From assembly GCF_036321535.1 (NCBI RefSeq), contig NC_087459.1, forward strand, positions 28,768,001 to 28,832,000: a stretch of 64,000 nt of DNA, read 5' to 3'. The first letter of the stretch is position 1. Each line of letters starts with the position of its first letter. The position numbers and the translations under genes are program-made. This stretch comes from Camelus dromedarius. Lineage: Eukaryota. The notes under the pieces are model-generated. The model worked only from the letters and a program-made list of their open reading frames with translations, had not been told where the DNA came from and made no database searches. Below are positions 12,201-22,520 of the stretch, piece by piece.

Positions 12201-13948
12201 CTCCATTGGGGTACCCCCCAGGGGGTCTGGTGCTGTCAGTGGGAGAGGGCTCACTGGCTCGAATCCAGTCCCCATCATCCATGGACCCTTGGGTCCAATC
12301 ACAGAGGGGTCTGGAGTCATCCTCAAAGTCACACTGGGTGAGAATGGCTGGGAAGAAGGGGCCGCTGTGAGGCCAGGAAAGGCAAGGGGAGGGCTCGGCC
12401 GCAGCCTGGGGGTGGGGGTGAGCAAGGTTGTGAAGTTTAGAGAAGGTGGCCACTAAGGTTGAGGGTCCAATGCAGGAATTTGAGAAAGAGAAGCCAAGCA
12501 ATAGTCACCTCTCGGGAGAAATCAGGGCGGGACTGGGTGGGGGGCAGGATGAGTAAATCAGGGGTTGTTGCAAACTGAGGTCCCTGGCAGGCAGGCTTGT
12601 CTGGGCAGCATACCGTTTGTTCTTGATAATTTGCATGTGAATCTTTCAGGTGGGGCTTGTACTCTACTCCTCCCCAGTGTTCTCCACCCTGTATCATCTG
12701 AGGGCTGCCCTTCACGCATTTATTACATGTTTATGTCCTTGCCTGGTCCCAAGGCCACTTGGGGTGGCCACCCCTGGGAGGGAAAGGAGGGCTGAGCAGT
12801 CCTGGGTTCCAACTCACAGTTGTCCCTGGAGCTGCGAGCCACTAGCTTCTGGTCCAGAGGCTTCTCTTTCCTTGGGGTTGGTTTGGAGAGAGAGAAAAAA
12901 TGTAATCCTGGTCATCATCAAGAATTGTAAGCCTCCGTGACTGTGAGCTTTCTGAAGGACTGTTCCTTTCTCATCATCCATATGGTATCAGAGTGTATGC
13001 AGTGAACATGTATTTACTTGAAGATTTTCGAAAAGGTCGCTCACAGTCTCCTCACTTTCAGTTCTCATCTGTTTCCTAAGAAGGGTCTCCCCTCCAAGTG
13101 ACTCACATCCCTGCTGGCTCCCTCCACCCCTCTCTACCCTAGATGTCATGTGTGGTTGTCTCTTGTGAGGAAGAACCAGTTCCTGCGTATAGGAATTTTC
13201 ACACAGCGCCTGAGTTTACACCTGGGGAACCTCCTTGCTTTGGGTCAAGGTCTTCCTACACCAGAGCCCACGTTTTCCCTGGGCTCATAGAGTAGGGACT
13301 CTGTGGATCCTGTGTTGCCAGGTGGGCGCCAGGGATGGTATTGTCCCAACTGAACATGCAGATGAGTGACACCTTACAAATTCCACAGAGAAGCTGGCTG
13401 CCCCTCCCCACGTGGTGTGGGCCACATAGAACAGCCCCCTTTGTTTTAAGAGTTCAAGTCCTGCTTGTTCAAACCCCCTCAAACAAGCTCCAGATCATCC
13501 ATCATTTCTTGCTGCTTCCTACTTGAAGTCTCTATCCGCTCGGTCTGCCCTGGGTTTTGTCCCAAGTCTGAGGGCCCAACCTCTCTCTCCTCCCCTGCCA
13601 TCCTCAGACCTGTCTGCCCAGTTCTGCCCCCTCCTCCCTCTCTCACACGTTTCAGCTCTGTCCTGCCCTGCCTGAGCTGCTCACACCCCAGTTCCAGGCT
13701 CTGGGGCTGCAGGGCTCCAGCCACCCTTGCTCATTCTCATTGTCATACCCATCGGGCTCCCACCTTCCTCCCCAGGGCTGTGCCCTTCATCACTGGCCCA
13801 CTTGCCCCTTCCAGCTTTGCCCCTCGCTCTTCCTCAGAGCCACCCCCAATCACCCCCTGAGCCCAGCTTACCTGGTGGTGGCAGGCATGTGGCCCTGGCC
13901 CCAGGCAGCCCCAACCAGCAGCACCAGAGTCCAGACTGGAGGAGCCAT
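229..13948 (-). CDS. ZAN: Zonadhesin, 5' part (signal peptide, 3 MAM domains, mucin-like repeat, partial D0 and VWD D1); continues beyond the left edge of the window
   Basis: Frame-consistent GT-AG exons read on the minus strand: 13948-13872 ([19 protein letters not shown]), 12870-12818, 12347-12201, 12040-11769, 11601-11514, 10828-10676, 9124-8960, 8624-8533, 8360-8282, 8200-8054, 7585-7314, 7035-6951, 6474-5410 (mucin), 4822-4638, 2432-2291, 2123-2007 ([11 protein letters not shown]), 1523-1399, 1183-1038, 372-229 (CGFCGNYDG). Total 3554 nt, no in-frame stops. Peptides match recalled zonadhesin sequences and the position next to EPO is syntenic. Confidence 0.96.
3540..3835 (-). mobile_element. 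hAT-Charlie MITE, MER33-like
   Basis: gtgtgaaatacacactggattttgaagac and gattacatgttgaaatgagaatattt match the reverse complement of the recalled MER33 consensus. Confidence 0.7.
4176..4205 (-). mobile_element. 5' head of a second Vic-1-like SINE; the body lies in N-gap 4029-4175
   Basis: Minus strand reads ggggaaggtatagctcagtggtagagcg directly into the gap. Confidence 0.7.
4911..5190 (+). mobile_element. L1MB-type 3' end fragment
   Basis: Typical old-L1 3'UTR sequence (tcatagagacagaacgtag...gtggttgcca...ggggtgatgaaa...gaattatatttcaa) with an A-tail. Confidence 0.8.
5530..6410 (-). repeat. ZAN: Coding minisatellite: about 42 copies of a 21-bp unit encoding PTE(K/R)(P/T)T(I/V/T) heptads of the ZAN mucin domain
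   Basis: Plus strand shows repeats such as gtggtcctttcagtgggaatg and gtgggtttttctgtggggatg; the minus-strand ORF 5363-6460 translates to [14 protein letters not shown] heptads. Confidence 0.95.
9555..9712. promoter_or_regulatory. Intronic promoter-like CpG patch in the ZAN intron 9125-10675
   Basis: AGCCAATCAG at 9558-9567, CRE-like TGACGCAA at 9584-9591, palindrome CGCACGCGTGCG at 9640-9651 and GC box GGGGCGGG at 9701-9708, in a local CpG-rich patch within a CpG-poor intron. Confidence 0.5.
10040..10420 (+). mobile_element. LINE-2 3' end
   Basis: Ends with aagtgcttaataaatatttgttggatgaatgaa, the L2 terminal signature. Confidence 0.7.
10893..11135 (+). mobile_element. MIR SINE
   Basis: tctggagtcaga...cctcagtttccccatc...agtacctgcc, the MIR core. 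Other MIR remnants occur at about 3385-3530, 17205-17400, 18900-19075, 59050-59420 and 62830-63000. Confidence 0.7.
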
Positions 13949-14049
13949 GCGCGACCTCAGAGGCTGCTCTCAGGGGAGAGAGGAAGGCAGAGTGAGGAGC
14001 CCAGGCCACTTTATACACCCCTGCCCCTCCTCGCTCAGCATCCTTCCAA

Positions 14050-14560
14050 GGACGCCATGAAAACGGGACAATCAAAGAACACAAGAACGCTCTGGGAACC
14101 GAAAACTTCGAGGGCTGAAATGTCAAATCCAATAGAAAAGCTATACATCAAAATCAAGAGAAATAAAATGAGAGCAAGAGCGAAGGAAAGGAAGAGAAAA
14201 AAGAGAGAGACTTGGAGGATGGGTCCAGGAAGCCTACCATTCAACCAGAAGAGTTCAAAAAACAAATTACTTAAGAAAAACCACACAAGGTGATTTCCCA
14301 GAAGTGTGAGTCTCTTGATTAGAAGGGGTCTAGTACGACGAATGCAAAGAGACTCGTGAAAGGCGTGTCGTGGAATTTCAGAATATCAGGGGAGAAGAGA
14401 GGATCCTAAACATCAGACACCAAAAGCAGGTCACGTCCTGAGGATCCAGGAAGAGCATAGCACTGGACTTTTCAATAGCAACCACGGATTCTAAGAGGCA
14501 GTGGAACATTGTCTGCAGAATTCCAAGAGAAAGTCATTTCAAGCCTAAAATTCTGTAGCT
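14050..14560 (+). mobile_element. Ancient L1/HAL1 ORF1-like fragment in the ZAN 5' intron
   Basis: The translation fragment ALDFSIATTDSKRQWNIVCRIPRESHFKPKIL resembles the L1 ORF1 C-terminus; the frame is disrupted. Confidence 0.6.
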
Positions 14561-16179
14561 GGCAACAGTGGCAGAGGTGACTGAAAGATTGAGTAAAGTG
14601 AGGACTTAAAATGCTTCTTGGCAAAGAACTGAAAAAGACAAGTCACAGAGGAAGACATACAAACTGCCAGTAAACATTGGAGAAGATGTTTTGCTTTGTA
14701 GTAATAAGGGAAGTACTGATCGAAACGAGAACTTTCACATTGACAACAGTTTAGAAGATTGATACCATTAGGGTGTTGGCCAGGATGCAGATAGGCACAC
14801 TCAAACACATTGATGCTAAGACTGTATGTTGGTGAAAACATCTTAGAAGATCATTTGTCAGTGACTATTAAACTTTCAAATGTGCTTCTCTTTGACCCAG
14901 CATTACCTCTCTAGGAGTCTTCCCGCAGAGATACATGCGTATTTTCACAAAGTTGTCCACTCTTTGAAGATGGTAATTGCAGCACCATTTGCAATAGGAG
15001 GCAGAGGCCCTGTCTTGGAGGACCTTGAATGCCACAGCTTTGAGGAGCCACCAGAAATTTTTAAGCAGCAGTGGGTGACTTGATTTCGCTTGCATTTTCC
15101 AAAGGTTGCTCCAGCAGCCCTGGCTGGATATGGAACAGAGGGGCTGGGCAGGGCTAGGGAGACAGGAGAGGAGGTTGTGGAGGGAGAGAGATGGAGAGGC
15201 AATGAACACTGATGTCATGGCAGCGGGAATGGGGATGTGAGTGGTTCAAGAGCTTTCCGGGAGCCGGAAACAGCACTTCTTGCCAGCTAAGCTACTGAAT
15301 CTCATCTTCTCATCACTGCAGAATTATTGTCCTCATTTTCCATGTGTGGAAACTGAGCTCTGCAGAAATGATGTCAATTGCCCAGCATAAGAGCAGGGCG
15401 CTGACAGTCCCCACTCGGTGTCCTGCTGAGTCCCACAGCTCCACAAGATGCCCCTAGGGGGCTGTTGGTGACAATGACAACCAAATGGGGGCAGGGTCCC
15501 ACCCCATCCAGAGCAGATGTGTTTTATCAGTTTCACAATTGGTAATTCTACATAAGATTGCAGCTGGAAGGGCAGTTTTGCAGCCTTTTAAAAACCCCAT
15601 TGACTCTCGTTACTGTATCCTGGCTGGGGGTGCTGGCCCGGCAGCGAGTTGAACCATGCTGAGTGCAGAGTTCCTGTAGCCCACACACCCAGGTGTTTCT
15701 CGAAACTGTCAGTTTCATTCCCTTCACTTCACAGCCCCCCTTCCTCCCTACTATCAAATCTATGCTAAGGGTGCCTGGCCTTGGTCCTTGACAAGTGACA
15801 GGGTTACTTGGGCTGGCCATTCCAATGAGCTGTCAGGGAAGGGCTGGCACAGTCATGCCCCGGGTGTCAGAGAGGAAAGTCTCAACCCCCTTCGAAGTCC
15901 TGGGGACTCCTTCTGCTCAAATGAGCACCAACAGGGCCCACACTGGGGGGATCTCACCTCGGGAGAGAGATCCTTTGTTCTATTAATGTCAAAGCTGGGG
16001 CTGATAGAGGATGCACATCCCAAACCCTGGTCTCCCCTTCCTCCATAGCAGGTTGGGAGAGCAACTGAGAGAGGGACAGAGTCAGGAAGTGGTTAACCCA
16101 GGGGAAAGCACCAGGAGCAATTGATCCACCGCCCCTCCAGGTTGGGCAATCAGCCCTCTGAGCGCCCGTTCTCACTGAC

Positions 16180-16350
16180 CTCCCTTTGGCGCCACAGAGC
16201 TGGACACACACAGCTTCTAACCTGTCTGGGCATGGGGGTGGGTGCTTAGGCAGGACAGAAAGGGGTGGTGGGGTGGGAGGGAGCCACTGGGCTCTGCCTC
16301 TGGGGGAGTCAGGAACGGGCAAGGCCCCAGAGTGCCGGTCACGTGACAAG
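16180..16350 (-). promoter_or_regulatory. ZAN: Putative ZAN non-coding exon 1 and promoter
   Basis: Good donor GGAG|gtcagt with the exon ending at 16180 (minus); palindromic E-box GTCACGTGAC at 16338-16347. The TSS cannot be determined from sequence, and a non-coding first exon is assumed from recalled human gene structure. Confidence 0.45.
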
Positions 16351-19300
16351 ACTGGCAGTTGCAGGAATAAGGGTGAAGGACCCTGGGAAGTGGAAGAACC
16401 TGGAAATCAACTCCAGAGAACTGGAGCCTGTTCTGGCTTCACTGTCTGTCCTTGGACCCTTTGCTCACCTGCTTTGGGCCTCGGTTTCCTCATCTGTAAG
16501 ATGGAGAGACTTGCATAGCCAAGGTTTTTTAAAAAAAATAAGAAATTGTGGGTGGGTGGCATTTTTTTTTTTATAATTCAGTTTTAAAAATCAAGGAGGT
16601 AGTTTATAGACACTTGGGCATGACTCACAGAGGCTGGGAACCATACTGCTATCTCTTTTTCTATTGCAAATAATCTTTCATAATGTCACAGTTTTATGGT
16701 GAAATTTTAGAGGAATTAGCCTTGCCCAGCTGGAAACAATATAGGTAACATTCAATTTAGATCCCAGTGTCTAAGACACCCCATTTAGGTAATTCAGCTC
16801 CAGCGACAATCACCTGCAATGATGAGACCAGTAGGCCTGAGTAGTTCCAGGAAAATCTTAGGTGGCCCGTGGGCCAAAGTCAGGCAGATGAATTTGATCA
16901 GCCTGATGCTCAGGCCCAGAAAGAGGATTCGGGCCAGTGGTACCCAAAGCCAAGAGGCTGCAGGAGGCAGTGGAGGTGGCACCTAGTGCTGGGAGACTTG
17001 GGTGATGGGGAGGGTCCTCCTTCCTATCCAGGTAGGAAGTGGGAGCCAGAGGCAGGGAATGGAGTGGGAGGGAGCTGGTAGCGAGAAATGGATGGGACTC
17101 ATGCCTCGTTGACCAAAGCTGTTTCTTCCCCTCCGCTCACCCCCCACTTCTTCTCATGATCTTTGCTTCAAGTAGTTGGGGGACTGGGAGTCTTCTACTT
17201 GAAGAAGAGAGCCTGGCTCCTGGTCTTCATGCTTCCTCTCAGTGTCTTATGACCTGGGCAAGACCCATCCTTGGTCTCTCAGGATCTCGGTTTCATCCTC
17301 TGCAAAATGGGCATCTTCTATCATCACTGCCTTTCTCAGGGGGTTGGAGAGCAACTGTGAGAATGCCCGGGAAAGCACCCTGTAAATCGCAAAGCGCTGC
17401 AAACAGAAGGCATCTCCATTAAACAGTTATGTAACCTGCTGACTCAGAACTGAGCTGAGCTGGCTCCTGTCCCACCAGGAAGCGGGAAGAGGTGGCTTGG
17501 TCACTTAACCTGGAGGAACTCAGTGTTAGTTTCCCCATCTAACAAATGGGAATGATACATCTTGTCCTCCTGTTTTATGGAGTGGTGGTGAGAATCCCAG
17601 CAGATTGCGCCACTGCCAGAGTTTAATGTTGTTGATCATAACAATAATAGTACGGAAGAAAAGTTTACTCCCTCGGCCTGCTCTTGAAGAATCTCGGAAA
17701 CCCGGCGACGCCTTCTTTGTGTGTCTCTGCCTCTTCGCAGGGACCACAGCCCTCACCAGGTTCTTTCCATCTGGGCCCTTGGACGCCTCAGGACTCAGTC
17801 ACGTGCCAAGCTGGTTCTGTCTGCATTTGTGAGCTCCAGTCTCTGCCCCCAGGGGACTGCGTGCTCTAGCTGTGAGTGGCACAGACTGTCATTCCGTGTT
17901 TCCTAGCACCAAGTGCAAAGGCTGGCACACAGCAGGCAGTCCATAAGTGTGGAATAAGTAAATTATGGTTTTAATGTTCTTAACATACTCTCCCATCACA
18001 CTGGCCCAGCTCGTATACTTCAGGTTCTGTTAAGTACTTAAAAAAAATACTGAAAGCGGTAAGAAGTCTGAAACGAAGTCAAGGAATAAGGTCAGAGGAA
18101 AAAAGATCCAGGACATCAGGCCAAGAAGGGGACAAGCTTTTGGAGTTAGGAGTCCTAAATCTCAAGTTCAGGTCCTAGCTGGGACTTATCAGCTAGGATT
18201 CCCTAGGCTTTAGGATAAGTCTCGTAACTTTAGTTTTGCCCAGCGAGAAAGAGATTTCTTCTTTACTGATTCACAGCGGTGGAGCAAGCCCCAATTGGCA
18301 TGTGTGGAAACCATAACCCAAATTTTTGTGGAAAGGTGCCAGGCGAGGGTCCTCAGGGTTCTATGGCTTGTAGATTACGCTAGCATTTCCCAGTAGAGCC
18401 TGAAGAGGGCACTGTAGCTCAGCAGCCGGGTTGACCTGAGTGAAAACTATTCCCGGGTCCTTCCATTCGCTGACTCCTCCCACCAGAGCTTCACCCTTAC
18501 CCTCACACTCATTCTCAGCAGATACCCTTCAACCCCTGATCCTGCCCATATTTTTCCTGCCACAGATTCATTCCCTGCCTTTTGCATACTTGCAGGGGTG
18601 CAGGCTGACTTCTATAAATTCTGTGATACAGGCAGAAAGACTGATCCTCACGTGTACGATAATGGCCAGGATTGGGGTCCCCATACAATTTTGTAACATC
18701 TTTTGCTGTCTGCACAGGTCTCTACTTTGCAAATGAAAAATAATTTCTTGGAAGGAATTTGATGTCGATTGTAAGGGGAAAGGGTAAAATTAGAAGCAGG
18801 GATCAAGAGTGGGTGTTGAGTTAGTTTGCTCGGTGTCCCCCATCCCAGGTGAGCAGGGAGAGAGTATGCGGCAGGAATAAGCGGGAGAGGGAAGGGGTGA
18901 GTGCTGGGAGAACTGGGGACTCCTGTCACCTTGGCCTTGGGCAAGTTATTTTACTTCTTCATCTGTACCATGGGAATGGCAGCAGTAACACTCTCATAGG
19001 GCTGTGTGAGGAATAAAATGAGGTCTTAGAAGTGAGCTCTCTGGAGTAGCACCGGGCAGAGGGGTTGATCAATGTGACTGCTGTCTGGGAAGATGGTTCC
19101 CACTGTCCCCCTTTCTACTGCCCCTCCTGCATATTTCAGGGTAGAGCATTAATGATAACCTTCCCCAGGCAAGGAAGGGTCCGTTGGATTTAGAGGGGGT
19201 TTCTGTGCTGTGATGGCAAAGGCTGATGCTAGGATTGTGGCATTAGAAGAAGGGGCCACAGAGAAGAGGCAGAAGATAATAAGGGTCCAGCAGCCAGGGT

Positions 19301-19477
19301 AGGCAGCTGCCACCAGCCCCGATAGGGGCCCCTCCTCCTGGCCCCTGTTTCCTTGCTGGCAGCTGAGGTTCACTAAAGACTCATCCTGGGCCAGTTGGCA
19401 GCTGCCTACTGAGGACTAGCCTTGAATGGAGCCACTTTATTGACCAGTGTGGGCAGAACTTGTGGCCTCAGGCCCGG

Positions 19478-19525
19478 TGGGGTCAAGAGGTCAGACAGGC
19501 CATGCGAGGCAGCACGTAGGGCCCA
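19478..19525 (-). promoter_or_regulatory. EPO: EPO 3' hypoxia-inducible enhancer (HIF site plus DR2 nuclear-receptor element)
   Basis: Minus strand reads GGGCCC TACGTG CTGCCTCGCATGGCCTGTC TGACCT CT TGACCC. HIF site at 19513-19518, DR2 at 19480-19493, about 100 bp past the predicted poly(A) site, which is the established EPO enhancer layout. Confidence 0.93.
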
Positions 19526-19626
19526 GCCCCCTCCACCTCTGGTTTCCCGGGCCAGAATGGGGCAGAACCAGGGAAGCCGGGGGCTCCCAGAAAAAGAGAG
19601 AAGCCAAGAGCCAGGTTGGGGTTTCA

Positions 19627-19632
19627 GTTCTT
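19627..19632 (-). terminator. EPO: EPO non-canonical poly(A) signal (AAGAAC)
   Basis: Minus strand ...ccaagttttgtgtaattttcaattgtgctggcAAGAACtgaaacc resembles the recalled end of human EPO mRNA; about 550 nt after the stop codon, and I saw no AATAAA in the UTR. Confidence 0.6.
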
Positions 19633-20176
19633 GCCAGCACAATTGAAAATTACACAAAACTTGGACCAGTGAGAGCCAGGGGCTAGCCCCCACCCCATCT
19701 TCACGGCTTCCACCACCCTCCTTGTCCAGTGGGCTCTTGCTGTCATAGGAGTCCCCATGAGACCTGGAGAATTCCCAGCTTGCCACCTAGATTCTCCAGT
19801 CCATCCTGTCCCTGCTTGGTAGGTGCAGAAGGAGGTACTTGCCCTCCAGCTTGTCCTGGCATCATGGTTCTTCAGGGCACCGAGATGAGTTTCAGTGTCT
19901 CCCCAGAATGGTGCTGTCCCCAAGTTTAAGTTGATCTCTGAATTCCTCCTTCTTTGGGGCCTCAGGCTGGCCCTGTGACATCCTTAGATCTGAGTTGAGC
20001 TCTGGACAGTTCCTCTAGCCCGTGAGATGTCACTGTTAGCCCTGGAGTGTCCATGGGACAGGCTGGCGCTTAGCTGATCACCCCTGGACAGGGGTTGGGA
20101 GTGGAGGTGCAGAAGGCATGGCACAGGCAGTGGTGGTGAGCGAGGTGGTGGATGTGCCCAGGGTGGGAGCACCTGG

Positions 20177-21952
20177 TCACCTGTCCCCTCTCCTGCAGGC
20201 CTCCCCTGTGTACAGCGTCAGCTTTCCCCGCAGGAAATTGGAGTAGATTCGGAAAAGTTTGCACAAAGTATCAACAGTGAATGTTCGGAGTGGGGCGGCG
20301 GAGGAGGAGGCTGCATCTGGAAGGGGGATGGCTTCCTTCTGACGAGGAGAGAACAGGAGGTTACTACAGTGCTGGGGGCCTGGAGGGAGGTGGGGTTCGG
20401 GATAGAATTGGAGGGAGGATGAGCAGAGCCTTGGTACTTTGGCAGGGCCCTTCTCCCGTTTTCCAGAAAGGGCAAACACAAGTGCGAGGGAGGGTCCTAC
20501 ACACCTGGGCTCCCAGCGCCCGAAGCAGGGAGGTGAGGCTGCGCAGGCCGCTAACAGCTTTGTCCACATGCAGCTGCAGGACCTCAGATGGCTGGGAGGA
20601 GTTGGCCAACAGGGCCTGGCCCTGCAGGATGGCTTCAGAGAGCAGGACCAGGCCCTGCCAGACTTCCACAGCCTGCTGCGCGACCTGAAGGGAATGGAGA
20701 CTCAGAGTCAGCTGGCCAAAGCCAGCCCCTCCCTCCTCCTTCTCACCAGCCCCAAAGCAAACAAGTTTTGTTGAGTGAATGAACAAATGAATGAATGAAT
20801 AAATGAACATATTCCATTCAGCCCTCATCTTTGCTGCTCTGTTTCTTCTTTCTATCGTTCTCCTTCCCACCCTCATTCCCAAAATGAGTCTCCCCAAGAG
20901 GAAGGAAAAAATGAACTCACCTCCATCCTCTTCCAGGCATAGAAGTTAACTTTGGTGTCTGGGACGGTGATATTCTCACTGAAGCTGCAGCCTTCGGCAC
21001 AGCCCATCTGAAATGCACGACCCCAGAGTCAGGGGACCCGAGGGCTCCCTCCGCTTTGCCCCTTACCTAGCTTCCAGATATACACTGGGGGCTACCACAT
21101 TTATCACTTGTACTGGAGGCCCTGGTTTCCGGCCTCCACCCCAGAAACAAGTGCCAGGGAGGAGTCCAGGTTCCTGGATCTTGGAGGAGACCCTGGACCC
21201 CTAAGAGTGAGTTCTGTGGAAGGTCCTGGGGAGGGGGCCTCACCGTGGCATTTTCGGCCTCCCTGGCCTCCAGGATGTACCTCTCCAAAACTCGGCTGTC
21301 ACAGATGAGGCGTTGGGGGGCGCCCAGGACCGGGAGGCCCAGAGGAAGCAGCAGCAAGGACACCAGAAGCAGCAGGGCAGGCCATTCTAGGAAAGAGAGG
21401 CAGGCTGAGTGTGAGGCAGGGAGGGCAGGGGAAGGGTTGCTTTGGACCGGCAGGTTCACCCATCCCGCTCCTGGGCGCCCAGCTAGTCCTCCCGACCCCA
21501 ACCTTCCAAGCGCTCAGGCTCTGCCTCCTTTGCCTTCATTCAATCCCGCGGCCGTGTGCACACCCCACCCCCCAACTACCGGCATCCACTTCTCCCGGCC
21601 AAACTTCAATCCCGGTGTGACAGAGGCTTTCCCTCTCGCAGATACAAGTTTTTGCTCCCAGACCCAGGTATCGGCTTCCTCGGCACCCACAAAGCAGCCC
21701 CTCTCCTCCCTGGATTCCCAGACCTCCACCGGGTCTCCGGGTCGGACACCGACTCTCCCCAGGACTCCCCAGGCCCAGCCGACAGGTGAAGGCTGCCCCA
21801 CCCCCCTTGCCCTTCCAGGGTCCTTGGTAAGTCTCAAGTCCTTGAACCCAGCCACCTCGGGGCCAAGAGCCCCAGCGGTAAATTCCTCCTCAAACAGGGG
21901 CCGGGCGGGCGGGAGCTCCCCCGGGTCGGGAGTACTCACCGCGCGCCCCCAT
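20177..21952 (-). CDS. EPO: Erythropoietin precursor, 194 aa (26-aa signal peptide plus 168-aa mature protein)
   Basis: Exons 21952-21940 (ATGGGGGCGCGCG), 21386-21244, 21007-20921, 20684-20505, 20338-20177 (TGA); 585 nt in total. Translation MGAREWPALLLL...APQRLICDSRVLERY...LYTGEACRRGDR. Three N-glycosylation sequons (NAT, NIT, NSS) and the C7/C161 and C29/C33 equivalents are present. Confidence 0.98.
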
Positions 21953-22520
21953 CTCCGCGCCTCGCCCGGCCCCTCAGCGACCGGGGGCTCGGCGGGTGCC
22001 GGCGCCGGGAGCCCGCATCCCGGGAAGCTCGACGGAGCAGAGCCACCCCGCCGCCCGAAGGAGGGGGCCGCTGTCCGGGGCCGCCTCGCCGGGGTCGGGG
22101 CAGAGCGCACAGGGCCCCTGGCCAGGGTCCGGAGGACGGCGCGGCGAGGCGACCGGCTGGGGTTGGCCCGGGGACTGCGGCGGCGGCCGGGGGTCGGGGC
22201 TGTTATCAGCTGTGTGCGTGCGTGTGGGGGGTTGGGGGGGGGAGGCTGTGTGCGTGAGGGGTCGCGGGAGGTGGGGGCCAGAGGGGTCAGAGCCGGGGCA
22301 GGATGCCTGGGTCGGGGGCTCGCCGGGGCGGGAGCGGAGCAGCCGGGGGCTCGAGTGCGGGGCACCGGGCTGCCCGCCGGACCTCGGGTTCCGGGAGGCG
22401 CGGCTGAGTGCGTGCCGCGGGATGGGCAGAGGGCTGCTCTGGGAGAGCAGAGCCATTCGCGGAAAGGCTGGGGACCCCGGCGTCCCCCCACGGCTGGGAC
22501 TGCCTAGGTTTTTGCGAGGC
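21900..22520 (-). promoter_or_regulatory. EPO: EPO CpG-island promoter and 5'UTR with GATA box in the TATA position
   Basis: CpG-dense; TGATAA at 22203-22208 (minus), preceded by CACGCACACAG motifs and a C-rich tract, as in the recalled human EPO minimal promoter. Confidence 0.88.

Noticed and set aside
13727-14293. 188-aa plus-strand ORF overlapping the ZAN start exon
   Set aside because: A chimera of antisense ZAN exon sequence and a degraded L1 ORF1 fragment.
20255-20275. Extra unpaired Cys in EPO (DTLCKLF)
   Set aside because: Recalled as also present in pig and mouse EPO, so not novel.
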